Positions 23,316-28,397 of a DNA stretch of 28,397 bases are shown one piece after another. The stretch lies in the NCBI GenBank assembly GCA_964428275.1, contig CAYRXN010000088.1, positions 1-28,397 of the forward strand, written 5' to 3'. The position numbers and the translations under genes were made by a program. A model generated the notes under the pieces. It was not told the origin of the DNA. It saw nothing but the letters and a program-made list of their open reading frames with translations, and made no database searches. The stretch is from an uncultured Planctomycetales bacterium (GTDB taxonomy: Bacteria; Planctomycetota; Phycisphaerae; UBA1845; Fen-1342). Numbering within the stretch: position 1 is the first letter of the stretch; each line of letters opens with the position of its first letter.

Positions 23316-23679
23316 TCATTATGCCCATCGGCGACGGGTTTTCCACCTTGGTTCCGTCAGGCGACCCGCGCAGCCGCACGCGGAGGGCGGGCGTCCCCGC
23401 TCCCCCCGGACCGCCGGAGCGCCTCGTGGTATCATGGCGGGCTGCAACGCGGTGACAGGTTCCCGGCGAGCGTCGGGGCGGGCGCGGGCTCCGCTTCCAC
23501 TGGTTTCGGACCATCCTCGAGAGCCCGGCGTGGCAGGCGGCCGTCGCAGCCGGGTCGGGCCGAGCCATGCCCCGCGTCCAGGTGTGGCCGCCCCCGTCTT
23601 CTTCGATCGCCTGCGCCGGGCGGCTATGATCCAGCGCAGGCGGCGCAGCGCACCGTAAGTGAGGCCCGGCGCAAGCACG

Positions 23680-28397
<4,718 letters not shown>

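Noticed and set aside
23281-23658. 125-aa plus-strand ORF in the uvrA frame immediately upstream of the uvrA start.
   Set aside because: The product is Arg-rich and low-complexity. It begins by overlapping the divergent membrane-protein start and has no SD. It lies in the divergent promoter region and ends in a TAA 22 nt before the uvrA ATG.

Overview
About 28.4 kb of very high-GC (~70%) bacterial chromosome; the composition and gene content look Planctomycetota-like, but that is inference only. Most long ORFs in the six-frame track are antisense or out-of-frame shadows of the real genes, as expected at this GC content. Supported genes, in order:
- a 5'-partial AAA/ABC-type ATPase (1-831, minus strand, open to the window edge)
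- a long archaeal/eukaryotic-type pheS (872-2404)
- a repeat-rich intergenic segment (2595-2688)
- an operon encoding a secreted SGNH/GDSL esterase and a 1161-aa secreted protein with two GH29 alpha-L-fucosidase catalytic domains plus PA14 and F5/8-type-C domains (2713-7093)
- a compositionally atypical gene for a membrane protein with a zinc ribbon (7311-8474)
- an NfeD-flotillin operon (8551-10667)
- a second SPFH-family gene whose N-terminal beta-hairpin is triplicated (11265-12395)
- a ~1.5-kb non-coding island (12396-13927)
- prpE-like acyl-CoA synthetase, sppA and thrC (13928-19453)
- a large lipoprotein with an Asp/Gly/Ser-rich linker (19847-22264)
- a polytopic membrane protein (22521-23282)
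- a UvrA-like ORF (23680 to window end).
The non-coding island holds a degenerate tRNA-like element, GC hairpins, a clean rho-independent terminator, and a 9-nt G-tract tandem repeat lying between a near-consensus sigma70 promoter and that terminator. Together these define a candidate ~320-nt sRNA.
The most striking feature is the UvrA-like ORF. It has no in-frame stop for at least 1572 codons. It encodes an extra UvrA C-terminal-type ABC module (NBD-II with zinc finger) fused in frame in front of a complete canonical UvrA (NBD-I with UvrB-binding and insertion domains, then a second NBD-II), followed by an unknown C-terminal extension of at least 145 aa that runs off the window.
Other observations: a recurring AT-rich -10-like motif (GATAGAATCAC) upstream of several genes, 8-nt CGTCCCT tandem repeats in two upstream regions, and intragenic tandem repeats in the nfeD and lipoprotein genes.
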